Of a stretch of 64,000 bases of DNA, positions 7,329-16,274 are shown piece after piece. The notes under the pieces were generated by a model. That model did not search any database. It saw only the letters and a list, made by a program, of their open reading frames with translations, and was not told where the DNA came from. Source of the DNA: Acidimicrobiaceae bacterium. GTDB lineage: Bacteria; Actinomycetota; Acidimicrobiia; Acidimicrobiales; RAAP-2. The first letter of the stretch is position 1; each line of letters begins with the position of its first letter. The stretch covers positions 805-64,804 of the forward strand of contig PLZW01000038.1 of assembly GCA_003153575.1 (NCBI GenBank), read 5' to 3'. The position numbers and the translations under genes are program-made.

Positions 7329-8405
7329 GTGGACTTCACGTTCGATGCCGAGCAGCTGGCCTTGCAGGACGTGGCGCGCCGCGCCATGGACGAGATCGGT
7401 GGCGACGAGGTGCGTCGCTTGGCCGACGACCCCGTCGGGTTCGACGCCGGGCACTGGGCCCGCCTGGTCGACCTGGGGTGGACGGACATGTTGCAGCCCG
7501 GTTCGGGCGCCGGCCTCCTGGAGACGAGCATCGTGCTGGAGCAGATGGGACGGGTCCCCCTGCCCGGCCCGTTCTTCTCGTCGTGCGTGTACGCCACCCT
7601 GGCGGCCCGGGCCCTCGGTGCCGACGAACTCCTCGAGGGACTCGCCTCCGGTGGGCAGCGGGGCACGGTGGCTCTGCACGAGCAGGGCAACGGTCATCCT
7701 CTGGGCACGGTGCGGGCCCGGGCCCGGCGCAAGGGTGCCGGTTGGGTGGTGTCGGGAGCCAAGCCGATCGTGGTCGACGGGCACACGGCGGACTGGGCGA
7801 TCGTGGTGGCACTGGCCGAGGACGGCGTCCGCTCGTTCCTCCTGCCTTCGCCGCGCGCCGAAGCCGTCCCGAATCTCGACCCCACCCGGAAGCTGGCCCG
7901 GCTGGTGCTGGACGACGAACCGGTCGAACCCCTCGGTCCCGTGGGCGACCAGACCCAGCTGTGGCGAGGGGTGCTCGACGACGTGGCCGTGGCCCTGTCG
8001 GCCGAGCTGGTCGGCGTCTGCCACCGGGCCCTCGACGAGGCCGTCGAGTACGCCAAGGAGCGGGTGGTGTTCGACCGTCCCATCGCCACGTTCCAGTCGG
8101 TCAAGCACCGCATCGTCGACATGTACCACGCACTGGAGATGGCGCGGGTGGGCGTCCACTTCGCCGCCTGGGCGTCGGACACCGGCGCACCGGAACGGTC
8201 GCGGACGGCGGCGATGGCCGCGGGCTACGCCTCGGAGGCGGCGGTGCGATTGACCGGGGACGACATCCAGGTCCACGGGGGCGTCGGGTTCACGTGGGCG
8301 AACGACGCCCACTTCCTGTTCAAGCGGGCCAAGCAGAATCAGGTGCTCATGGGGGGCAGCGGCCACCAGTGGCACCAGGTGGCGGCCGAGCTGATCGGCG
8401 CCTGA
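7329..8405 (+). CDS. Acyl-CoA dehydrogenase, beta-type subunit
   Basis: ORF 7266..8405 trimmed to GTG 7329 (VDFTFDAEQLALQD, mirroring the VDFT start of the partner), with a G-rich SD upstream. The C-terminus IQVHGGVGFTWANDAHFLFKRAK is typical of the non-catalytic partner subunit. Confidence 0.88.
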   Translation: MDFTFDAEQLALQDVARRAMDEIGGDEVRRLADDPVGFDAGHWARLVDLGWTDMLQPGSGAGLLETSIVLEQMGRVPLPGPFFSSCVYATLAARALGADELLEGLASGGQRGTVALHEQGNGHPLGTVRARARRKGAGWVVSGAKPIVVDGHTADWAIVVALAEDGVRSFLLPSPRAEAVPNLDPTRKLARLVLDDEPVEPLGPVGDQTQLWRGVLDDVAVALSAELVGVCHRALDEAVEYAKERVVFDRPIATFQSVKHRIVDMYHALEMARVGVHFAAWASDTGAPERSRTAAMAAGYASEAAVRLTGDDIQVHGGVGFTWANDAHFLFKRAKQNQVLMGGSGHQWHQVAAELIGA

Positions 8406-8419
8406 CCGGGCCGACGCAA

Positions 8420-8467
8420 CAGTCGACGAACCAGTCGACGCCAACGGAGATCGGGACCACCGGTCCC
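8420..8467. promoter_or_regulatory. Tandem CAGTCGACG repeats plus a GGGACC-N3-GGTCCC palindrome upstream of the P450 gene
   Basis: CAGTCGACG occurs at 8420..8428 and 8432..8440 (12-nt period, each holding the GTCGAC palindrome). The hairpin/palindrome lies at 8453..8467, just before the GGGGGAGGG SD. Confidence 0.25.
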
Positions 8468-8482
8468 AGTGGGGGAGGGCCG

Positions 8483-9739
8483 ATGACGGCACGGCAGCAG
8501 GAGACGACCGGGGGAGCGGAACCGATCGCCCCGTTCGACCCCTTCGAGCTCCAGGACACGGTGTCCGGCGACCTGCGGGATCCCTATCCGCGTATGGCCG
8601 AGCTCCGCCGGGAGGCACCGGTCCACTCCGGGCCCGTCGACCTCGGCAACGGCCTGCCCGGGGTCGACCCGGACCGCCCGCCTCCTGTCACCGTGTTCGG
8701 CTTCGACGAGGTGGTCCAGGTGCTGCGCGACGACGGGACGTACTCGTCGACGGTCTACGAGGGGATCATGGGCGAGGTGATGGGCCGGACCATCCTCCAG
8801 ATGGACGAGCCCGAGCACCGGCTGCACCGGGCGCTGGTGTCCCCCACGTTCCGCACCAAGGTGCTGGAACGGTGGGAGGGGGGCCTGGTCCGCCTGGTGG
8901 TCGACGAGCTGATCGACAGATTCGCCGAGCGCGGCTCGGCGGACCTGGTCCGCGAGCTGACCTTCGACTTTCCCGTCCAGGTCATCGCCCGAATCCTGGG
9001 ACTGCCCCGCGCCGACTTTCCGGTATTCCAGCGTTGGGCGGTCGAGATCACCAGTGTCGCCGCCAACTGGGACCGGGGGGTGGCCGCTTCAGCCGCCCTG
9101 CGCGACTATTTCGCCGACGTGCTGGTCGAGCGCCGGAAGCGTCCGGCCGACGACCTCATCAGCGATCTGGTGGTGGCCGAGGTGGACGGTCGCCGACTCG
9201 ACGACGAGGAGATTTACTCCTTCCTCCGGCTCCTGTTGCCGGCAGGGGTGGAGACCACCTACCGGGCGTCCGGGAACCTGCTGTTCGGGCTGTTGACCCA
9301 CCCGGACCAGATGCAGGCGGTCCGGGACGACCGTTCGTTGCTACCGGTGGCCTTCGAAGAGACGATCCGTTGGGAGCCGCCGGTGACGGTGATCCTGCGT
9401 CGGGCCAACCGGGACGCCGAGCTCGCCGGGGTCGAGGTGGCCGAGGGCGCCGACGTCGGCCTGCTCCTCGGCTCGGCCAATCGGGACGAGCGCAAATACG
9501 AGCGTCCGGACGAGTTCGACATCGCCCGGCCTTCGCGCCAGAGCGTGGGCTTCGGCTTCGGCGTCCACGTCTGCCTGGGGATGCACCTGGCCCGCATGGA
9601 GGCCCGGGTGGCCATCGACACGCTCCTCGACCGCCTGCCCGACTTCGAACTCTCGTCCGACCCCGCCCTGGACCCCCACATCAGGGGACTCGCCTTCCGG
9701 TCCCCGGTCACACTGCCCGTCACCTTCGCGGCGTGCTGA
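8483..9739 (+). CDS. Cytochrome P450
   Basis: ORF 7019..9739 trimmed to ATG 8483 (GGGGGAGGG SD). Motifs: I-helix AGVETT, ExxR (EETIRW), heme ligand FGFGVHVCLG. Confidence 0.95.
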   Translation: MTARQQETTGGAEPIAPFDPFELQDTVSGDLRDPYPRMAELRREAPVHSGPVDLGNGLPGVDPDRPPPVTVFGFDEVVQVLRDDGTYSSTVYEGIMGEVMGRTILQMDEPEHRLHRALVSPTFRTKVLERWEGGLVRLVVDELIDRFAERGSADLVRELTFDFPVQVIARILGLPRADFPVFQRWAVEITSVAANWDRGVAASAALRDYFADVLVERRKRPADDLISDLVVAEVDGRRLDDEEIYSFLRLLLPAGVETTYRASGNLLFGLLTHPDQMQAVRDDRSLLPVAFEETIRWEPPVTVILRRANRDAELAGVEVAEGADVGLLLGSANRDERKYERPDEFDIARPSRQSVGFGFGVHVCLGMHLARMEARVAIDTLLDRLPDFELSSDPALDPHIRGLAFRSPVTLPVTFAAC

Positions 9740-9795
9740 CCCACGGAGGAGGCGGTCATCCGCCTTCCCGACGCGGACGAGGTTAGGTTGACCCG

Positions 9796-10359
9796 ATGCC
9801 CGTCTGGCTGACCGAAGAGGAGTACCGGGTGCTGGAGGCGGCCTGCGAATGCCTCATCCCCCGCTCCGACCGGGGTCCGGGTGCCACGGCCGCCGGCGTG
9901 GCCGACTACGTGGACGGGCTGCTCGGCGCCTTCTCCTTCGACCCGCCGCGGATCTGGGCCGGGGGCCCGACGTCGGGGAGGATGGGGGGCGAGGCCGGCT
10001 TCGCCCGGTTCCACCAGCTGTCGGCGATCGACGAGTTGGCCTGGCGCACGCGTATCGAGGGGTCCCAGAGCCTGCCGGAACGCGAGTTCAACGGCCCGGT
10101 GGTGGGTCTCCAGGAACGGTACCGCCAGGGACTCGATGCCCTCGGCGCCGACTTCTGCGATCTCGATGTGAGGGGACGGGAGGCCCGCTTGCGGGCCGAC
10201 ACCGAATTCGCGGACCTGCTGTACGGGCACGCCTGCGAGGGCATGTACGGAGCCCCTGAGTACGGCGGCAACCGCGATCTCCTCGGATGGCGGGCCATCG
10301 GGTTCGAGGGCGACGTCCAGCCCCGCGGGTGGACCGACGAGGAGGTCACCCGTCCATGA
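9796..10359 (+). CDS. Gluconate 2-dehydrogenase subunit 3 family protein (small subunit of a GMC flavoprotein dehydrogenase)
   Basis: 187 aa. LTEEEYRVLEAACECLIPRSDRGPGATAAGVADYVDGLL is characteristic of the family. An ATGA overlap couples it to the GMC gene. Confidence 0.75.
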   Translation: MPVWLTEEEYRVLEAACECLIPRSDRGPGATAAGVADYVDGLLGAFSFDPPRIWAGGPTSGRMGGEAGFARFHQLSAIDELAWRTRIEGSQSLPEREFNGPVVGLQERYRQGLDALGADFCDLDVRGREARLRADTEFADLLYGHACEGMYGAPEYGGNRDLLGWRAIGFEGDVQPRGWTDEEVTRP

Positions 10360-12011
10360 CCCTCGACGCCGTGATCGTGGGGTCGGGCCCGGGCGGGGCC
10401 ACTGTGGCCGACGTGCTCACCGCCGCCGGGTGGACGGTGGCCATCGTGGAGAAGGGGCGGAACCACCTGCTCGACCCCGACGACCTGACCCGGCCGGCGT
10501 CGGACTTCTCCAACGACGAGGTCAAGTTCCGCAGCCGGTACTTCCTCGGTCCCGACCCGCTCATCGAGCCCCGCACGTTCCGGGCGTCGGAGGACGACGG
10601 GGAGCGAACGTTCGTCGGGGAGGTCAACTCGGTGCCGTCGACGGTGGGTGGCGGCGGGACCCACGCCGACGGGAAGGTGCCCCGGTTCCGCCCCGACGAC
10701 TTCCGGCTGGTATCGCGCTTCGGCCCCCAGGACGGGGCCGACGTCGCCGACTGGCCGCTCGACTACGACGAGCTCGAGCCGTACTACGCCGAGGTGGAGC
10801 GGTCGGTCGGCGTGGCCGGCACCGACGGCGCCAACCCCTTCGCCGGTCCCCGCTCCGGACCGTTCCCCATGCCGTCGGGGGCACCGATGTTCGGTGCCAC
10901 CGTGTCGGTGGCCGCGGCCGAACGGCTCGGCTACCACCCCTACCCGGCTCCGACGGCGGCCAACAGCGTCCCCTACGACGGCAGGCCGGCGTGCAACAAC
11001 TGCGGCTTCTGCGCGTTCTTCGGCTGCCCGATCCACGCCAAGGGCGACCCGGTGGCGATGCTGCGTCGGGCCATGGCCACGGGCCGGGTCGAGCTGCTGC
11101 CCGAGACGTTCGCGTCCGGCATCCGCACCGTCCAGAACCGGGCCACCGGGGTCGACGTGGTGGGGCCCGACGGCGCGGCCAGGTTCCTTGCCGCCCGTCA
11201 CGTGGTGGTGGCGGCCGGGGCCATCGAGACACCTCGCCTGTTGCTGCTGTCCGGATTCGACCACCCGTTGATCGGGCGCTACCTGATGACCCACTTCCAG
11301 ACGATCGTGGCCGGGGGGATGCCGTTCCGCACCTACGCCGAGCGGGGCCGGGCGGTCACCCACGTGCACGACGACATGATCGTCGGCGACGACGCCTCGC
11401 GTCAGGCGGCCGCAGAGGGCGGCCTGCCCTGGATGCGGGGCGGCCTGGTCGAGCACAGCGGCGCGGCCCTGCCCATCCTCGAGGCCACCCACTACCCGTG
11501 GGGCAGTGCCCACCCCGGCCTCATGGCCGACTCGCCGATCCGGGCGCGGCTGTGGGCCTTCATCATGCAGGGCGAAGATCTCCCCTATCCGACGAACCGG
11601 GTCGACCTCGACCCCACGATCCGGGACGCCCGGGGGTTCCCGGCGGCCCGGGTGACGTACCGCGCCGGTCGTCACGAGCACGTGGCCTCCGACCACTACG
11701 GGCCCCGGCTGGCGGCGATCCTGAAGGAGATGGGAGCGGAGTGGACGGCGGTGACCTCCTCGCCCGGGCGGGGCAACGCGGCGTCCCCCGAGGCCGTGCC
11801 CGAGAGTCGCCACAACGTGGGCACGGTGCGGATGGGTGCCGACCCGGCATCGTCGGTGGTCGACCCCCAGGGGCGCATGCACGACGTCGAGAACGTGGTG
11901 GTGGCCGACTCCTCGGTGTTCGTCACGTCCGCCGGCTACGGACCCACGCTCACCCTGGTGGCCCTGGCGGCCAGGGCCGCGCACGTGCTGGCCGGCACCC
12001 GGCCGGCGTAG
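10356..12011 (+). CDS. GMC family oxidoreductase (FAD)
   Basis: ORF 10287..12011 trimmed to ATG 10356. It has the FAD fingerprint DAVIVGSGPGGATVA and the C-terminal GMC signature HNVGTVRMG...VVADSSVFVTSAGYGPTLTLVALA. Confidence 0.92.
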   Translation: MTLDAVIVGSGPGGATVADVLTAAGWTVAIVEKGRNHLLDPDDLTRPASDFSNDEVKFRSRYFLGPDPLIEPRTFRASEDDGERTFVGEVNSVPSTVGGGGTHADGKVPRFRPDDFRLVSRFGPQDGADVADWPLDYDELEPYYAEVERSVGVAGTDGANPFAGPRSGPFPMPSGAPMFGATVSVAAAERLGYHPYPAPTAANSVPYDGRPACNNCGFCAFFGCPIHAKGDPVAMLRRAMATGRVELLPETFASGIRTVQNRATGVDVVGPDGAARFLAARHVVVAAGAIETPRLLLLSGFDHPLIGRYLMTHFQTIVAGGMPFRTYAERGRAVTHVHDDMIVGDDASRQAAAEGGLPWMRGGLVEHSGAALPILEATHYPWGSAHPGLMADSPIRARLWAFIMQGEDLPYPTNRVDLDPTIRDARGFPAARVTYRAGRHEHVASDHYGPRLAAILKEMGAEWTAVTSSPGRGNAASPEAVPESRHNVGTVRMGADPASSVVDPQGRMHDVENVVVADSSVFVTSAGYGPTLTLVALAARAAHVLAGTRPA

Positions 12012-12020
12012 GCCCCGCTG

Positions 12021-13247
12021 TCAGCCCGCGCCGCGGGTGAGCAGCAACGAGCCGGCGATGGGGCCGCCGCCGTTGCTGACGGCCGCCACCTCGGGTGGAC
12101 GCCCGCCCGGTCTGGTCACCTGGCGATCCCCGCCCTCGCCCCGGAGTTGGACGCACGCCTCGTGGATCAAGCCGAATCCGTGCAGGCGGCCGCCGGAGAG
12201 CTGACCGCCGGCCGTGTTGAGGGGGAGCACCCCGTCGAGGGCGATGGCCGACCCGCCCTCCACGAACGGGCCGCCCTCCCCCCGACCGCAGAAGCCCAGG
12301 GCCTCGATCCAGACCATGGCGAGGATGGAGAACCCGTCGTAGAGCTGGGCCACGTCGACGTCCGCCGGGGTCAGCTCGGTCCGCTCCCACATCGACGCCG
12401 CCGCGTCCCGGGCGGCCATGGTGGTCATGTCGTCGAACTGGTCCCAACTGGGCCGTCCCCGCAGTGCGGTACCCACCGCATTGACGTGGCAGGCGGGCCG
12501 GGGCGCATCCGGCGCGTAGTCGCAGTGGGACACGACGAAGGCGGTGGACCCGTCACTGGGCGCGTCGCAGTCGAACAGACCGAGCGGGGTCGAGATCATG
12601 CGGGCTGACAGGTAAGCCTCTAAGTCCATGGGCTCGCGGTAGATGGCGGTTGGGTTGAGGCCCGCATTGCGACGGGCGTTGAGGGCGATCTGGCCGAGCT
12701 GGTCGCGGGTCAACCCGAACTCGTGGATCCGGCGCTGGGCGACCATGGCCAGCCAGTTGACGGCGGACACGGCGCCGAACGGCAGGGTCCACTGCAGGAA
12801 TCCCGAAAAACGCGGCACCGAGCCGGATCCGCCGCCATCACCGCCGATGCCCTGGCGGCTGCCCGACCCCTGGGCGGTCGACTCGGTGACGGTCCGGTAG
12901 ACGAGGACGTGACGGGCCAGACCCGCCCCGACGGCCAGGCAGGCAGCTATGAGGGCCCGCATCTGACCGGGGCCCTCGCCACCGCCGTCGTGCCAGTCGA
13001 GGGACAGCCGGAGCGCGTCCTGGACCTCCGGGGTGGTCGGTCCGGCGAACCCCGGGGTGCCCGTCCCCATGCCCGGATACGTGGCCAGGCCGTCGATGTC
13101 GTCGCGGGTGAGGCCGGCGTCGGCCACCGCGTCCAGGCAGGCGTCGAGGGTCAGATCGAGCTCGGAGCGGCCGAGACGGCGCCCGATCGCCGACTGGCCG
13201 ATCCCGGTGATGGCGGCCCGGCGCTCGAGGGGCTCGGTCGTGCTCAC
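12021..13247 (-). CDS. Thiolase-fold protein (SCP-x/lipid-transfer type), partner of DUF35
   Basis: 408 aa, beginning MSTTEPLERRAAITGIGQSAIGRRLGRSELDL. Its GTG start overlaps the stop of the DUF35 gene (GTGA). Confidence 0.88.
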   Translation of the reverse strand: MSTTEPLERRAAITGIGQSAIGRRLGRSELDLTLDACLDAVADAGLTRDDIDGLATYPGMGTGTPGFAGPTTPEVQDALRLSLDWHDGGGEGPGQMRALIAACLAVGAGLARHVLVYRTVTESTAQGSGSRQGIGGDGGGSGSVPRFSGFLQWTLPFGAVSAVNWLAMVAQRRIHEFGLTRDQLGQIALNARRNAGLNPTAIYREPMDLEAYLSARMISTPLGLFDCDAPSDGSTAFVVSHCDYAPDAPRPACHVNAVGTALRGRPSWDQFDDMTTMAARDAAASMWERTELTPADVDVAQLYDGFSILAMVWIEALGFCGRGEGGPFVEGGSAIALDGVLPLNTAGGQLSGGRLHGFGLIHEACVQLRGEGGDRQVTRPGGRPPEVAAVSNGGGPIAGSLLLTRGAG

Positions 13248-13669
13248 GACGCCGACCCGTCCGCCGGACGGAACAGCGGGAGGTAGACGTCGTCATTCTG
13301 TTCGAATACCACCTCGAGGGCCATCCCGGTGGCGACGTCATCGGGATCCACACCGACCAGATTGGTGGTGAGGCGAACGTCCTCCTGCTCCTCGATGGCC
13401 ACCAGGCCGATGATGTAGGGCTCGCTGCCCGGGATCCAGGCGTGCACGTTGACGGTGTGGGCCACCAGGGTGGCCCGCCCACTGACGGGCTCGACGGCGA
13501 CATCGGCCGAGATGCAGAAGGGGCAGCGGGGATACGGGGGGTGGATGAACGAGCGGCAGTCCTGGCAGCGGAGGAACCGGAGCCGCCCGTCGGCACCGCT
13601 GGTCCAGAAGAACTCGTTGTCCGGCTCCAGCCGGGGGAGGAGCCGGATCGACGGCCCGTCGGCAGTCAC
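13244..13669 (-). CDS. Zn-ribbon/OB-fold protein (DUF35 family)
   Basis: ORF 13244..14014 trimmed to GTG 13669. It has the zinc ribbon CQDCRSFIHPPYPRCPFC followed by an OB fold (GRATLVAHTVNVH...YIIGLVAIEEQEDVRLTTNLVG). Confidence 0.85.
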   Translation of the reverse strand: MTADGPSIRLLPRLEPDNEFFWTSGADGRLRFLRCQDCRSFIHPPYPRCPFCISADVAVEPVSGRATLVAHTVNVHAWIPGSEPYIIGLVAIEEQEDVRLTTNLVGVDPDDVATGMALEVVFEQNDDVYLPLFRPADGSAS

Positions 13670-13715
13670 CGGGCCGCCTTGGGCGTCGTCGTCGGATGTT
13701 CGTCGGTGGAGGTGC

Positions 13716-14702
13716 TCATCGGCCGGAGAGGACCTCGGGATTGACACAGTGGAGGGGTCGGGCCCCGGCCAACAGGCGGCACAGGTCGTCGGCGATGATC
13801 CGGGTGTGGTTCGACTCGGTGTCGTAGGTGGCACCGCCGATGTGCGGCGCCAGCACCACCGAGTCCAATGACGTGAGTGGATGGTCAGGGGCCAGGAACT
13901 CCCCCTCGAAGTGGTCGAGTCCGGCAGCGGACACCTTGCCGGAACGCAGGGACTCGACCAGTGCGTCGGTGTCGTGGAGGGCGGCCCGGGCCGAGTTGAT
14001 GAAGACCACACCATCGCGCATCGCCGCGAACTGGGCCGCTCCGATCATGCCGGTCGTCTCGGGGGTGACCGGCGCGTGCAGGGACACCACGTCGGCCCGC
14101 TCGAGCAGCTCGTCGAGGGACACCGTCGACTCGTCGGCGTAGGGGTCGTAGGCGATGACCTCCATGCCCAGGCCCCGCAGACGCCACCGCAGCGCCCGTC
14201 CCACCGCACCCAGACCGACCAGGCCGGCGGTGCGCCCGGCCAGCTCCCAGGCCCGGAAGCGCTGGTAGGGGATGGTGCCCTCTTTGTAGATGTCCCCCTT
14301 GCGTACGTCGGCGTCGGCAGCCACCAGGCCGCGGGTGGCCGCGAACATCAGGCCCACGGCCAGCTCGGCCACGCCGTCGGCGTTGCGTCCCGGAGCCCGC
14401 AGCACCGGCACGCCGGCCGCCGTGGCGGCCGCCACGTCGACGTTGGTCGGGTCGCCCCGGCAGCTGCCGACGGCCACCAGCGGCAGTTCGAACAGCGGCC
14501 CCGCGCACCGGTCGCTCTCGACGATGGCGATGGTGGCCCCCTCGGAAGCCATGCGCGCCGCCAACTGCTCGGCGTCGTAGATGCGCAGGGTCGGCTGGTC
14601 GAGCCACGAGTCCAGCGTCAGGTCGGCCAGCTGGCCGAGCAGGTCGAGTCCGGGCCCGCCGACCGCTGCGGTCACCAGAGCCTTGGGCCGTACGTCGGGC
14701 AT
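13716..14702 (-). CDS. D-isomer-specific 2-hydroxyacid dehydrogenase family protein
   Basis: ORF 13716..16235 trimmed to ATG 14702 (GGGGGA SD). Motifs: NAD fingerprint GLVGLGAVGRAL, catalytic-His region APHIGGAT. Confidence 0.9.
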   Translation of the reverse strand: MPDVRPKALVTAAVGGPGLDLLGQLADLTLDSWLDQPTLRIYDAEQLAARMASEGATIAIVESDRCAGPLFELPLVAVGSCRGDPTNVDVAAATAAGVPVLRAPGRNADGVAELAVGLMFAATRGLVAADADVRKGDIYKEGTIPYQRFRAWELAGRTAGLVGLGAVGRALRWRLRGLGMEVIAYDPYADESTVSLDELLERADVVSLHAPVTPETTGMIGAAQFAAMRDGVVFINSARAALHDTDALVESLRSGKVSAAGLDHFEGEFLAPDHPLTSLDSVVLAPHIGGATYDTESNHTRIIADDLCRLLAGARPLHCVNPEVLSGR

Positions 14703-14831
14703 GCGATCAGATCCCCCTGGTCGATGGCGGGCAATGCCGGAGGGTAGCACCCACCTCCGACGGGTTCGGGTCCATACTGTCCGGTCAGAGACGGTACGCC
14801 GGGGTGGGGACGAGCACTGGGGGACGGGTCG

Positions 14832-16265
14832 GTGGGGGAGAGCGGACAGACGACGACCAGGCCCGACGGGGGCACGTGCACGGTCGGCGTGGACATCGGG
14901 ACCACCTCGGTCAAGGCCGTGGCCGTGGACGCCCGCGGCGAGGTGGTGGCCCGGACGCGTGTCCCCCATACGGTGGGCACCCCCACCGTCGACCATCTCG
15001 AGCACGACGCCGCCAAGGCCTGGCGACGAGGGCCCCGACGGGCCTTCGCCCAGGTCTCGGCGGCGCTCGACGGACCGGCCGCCGGCGTGGTCACCACGGC
15101 CATGGTCCCGTCCATCACCGCCGTGGACCGCCGCGGCATCCCCCGCCTGCCCGGCCTCCTGTACGGCGACGACCGGGCTCGCACCGACCCCTGGGGCGGC
15201 GACCCGGTGGCCCGGCGCAACGCGCACGGGGGCGAGCGCGGCGAGGGGGCGCGGATGTTGACCTGGGCCGTGGGCCAGATGCCCGACGCCGCCGGCTACT
15301 GGCCGAGCCAGGCCGTGGCGACCCATGCACTGTCCGGGGTGCCCGCCGTCGACTCGGCCGCGGCCACCACTTTCGGCCCGCTCGTCCCGAACGGGCGGTG
15401 GGACCGGGAGGCACTGGCCGCCCTCGGCCTCGACGAGAGCCGCGTGGCCCGGATCGTCCCGTTCGGGCAGGCCGCCGGGACGGTTGCCGGCACGTCGACG
15501 GTGGTCGGAGGTGGGTCGATCGACGCCTTCTGCGAACAGATCGTGGCCGGGGCCGACGAGCCGGGGGACGTGCTGGTGATCTTCGGCGCCACGCTGATCG
15601 TCTGGGTGGTGTCCGACGCCTGGCTCGAGTTGCCCGGCTTCACCACCTTCCCGTCCACGGCGGCCGGACGGGTGCTGATCGGCGGCCCGAGCAATGCCGG
15701 CGGATTGTTCGTCGACTGGGTGCGCGCCATGGTCGGTGCGCCCGATCCCCGACGGGCGTCCCGAGGCGGGGCGGCCCGGCCACCGGGCGGCCGGGCGGGG
15801 GACACGGGTGCGGTCCCGGTGTGGCTCCCCTACCTGAGGGGCGAGCGGACCCCGTTCCACGACCCATGGCTTCGGGCAAGTCTGCATGGCCTGGACATCA
15901 CCATGGGCCCCGCATCGGTCGTCCGCGCCGCCCACGAGGCCAGCGGGTTCGTGGTCCGCCGGATGATCGAGCGGTCCGGGGTGACCCCGCGCCGGATCGT
16001 GGCCACCGGTGGGGGGTCGCGGTCCACTCCGTGGATGGAGGCCGTCGCCGATGCCACCGGGCTGTCCGTGGACACCGTGGCCGTCCCCGAGGGCGCGGCC
16101 CTCGGCGCGGCCTTCCTGGCCCGGCTGACCGCCGGTCTCGAGTCCGACTTCGGAGTGGCCGCCAGCTGGGCGAAGCGCGGCCGGACCATCGATCCCGACC
16201 CCGACTGGGTGGCCGCCGCGTCCGATCGCTACCACCGCGTGGTGGAGCTCGGCCCGCCGGACTGA
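14832..16265 (+). CDS. FGGY family carbohydrate kinase
   Basis: 477 aa with a GTG start. Motifs: GVDIGTTSVKAV and a C-terminal ATGGGSRS-type motif. Confidence 0.88.
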   Translation: MGESGQTTTRPDGGTCTVGVDIGTTSVKAVAVDARGEVVARTRVPHTVGTPTVDHLEHDAAKAWRRGPRRAFAQVSAALDGPAAGVVTTAMVPSITAVDRRGIPRLPGLLYGDDRARTDPWGGDPVARRNAHGGERGEGARMLTWAVGQMPDAAGYWPSQAVATHALSGVPAVDSAAATTFGPLVPNGRWDREALAALGLDESRVARIVPFGQAAGTVAGTSTVVGGGSIDAFCEQIVAGADEPGDVLVIFGATLIVWVVSDAWLELPGFTTFPSTAAGRVLIGGPSNAGGLFVDWVRAMVGAPDPRRASRGGAARPPGGRAGDTGAVPVWLPYLRGERTPFHDPWLRASLHGLDITMGPASVVRAAHEASGFVVRRMIERSGVTPRRIVATGGGSRSTPWMEAVADATGLSVDTVAVPEGAALGAAFLARLTAGLESDFGVAASWAKRGRTIDPDPDWVAAASDRYHRVVELGPPD

Positions 16266-16274
16266 ACGGTCGGC

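Noticed and set aside
7019-8482. Long N-terminal extensions given by the ORF track, for example the 906-aa P450 ORF from 7019. Others are 13716..16235, 16275..18227, 4613..6370, 50733..52781, 32019..33884, 33416..35353, 34717..36597 and 26162..29110.
   Set aside because: The extensions overlap neighbouring genuine genes and read as RG/P-rich noise. In each case an internal start with an SD or a GTGA/ATGA coupling gives the family-typical N-terminus, so I trimmed them.
9906-11984. A 692-aa minus-strand ORF. Similar very long ORFs occur at 7305..8618(-), 28674..30785(-), 36594..38456(-), 39126..40823(-), 60138..62363(+) and 54145..55296(-).
   Set aside because: All lie antisense to, or out of frame with, genes that have clear family motifs. 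Their products are Arg/Gly/Pro-rich low-complexity strings. Long open frames like these are expected in DNA this GC-rich.
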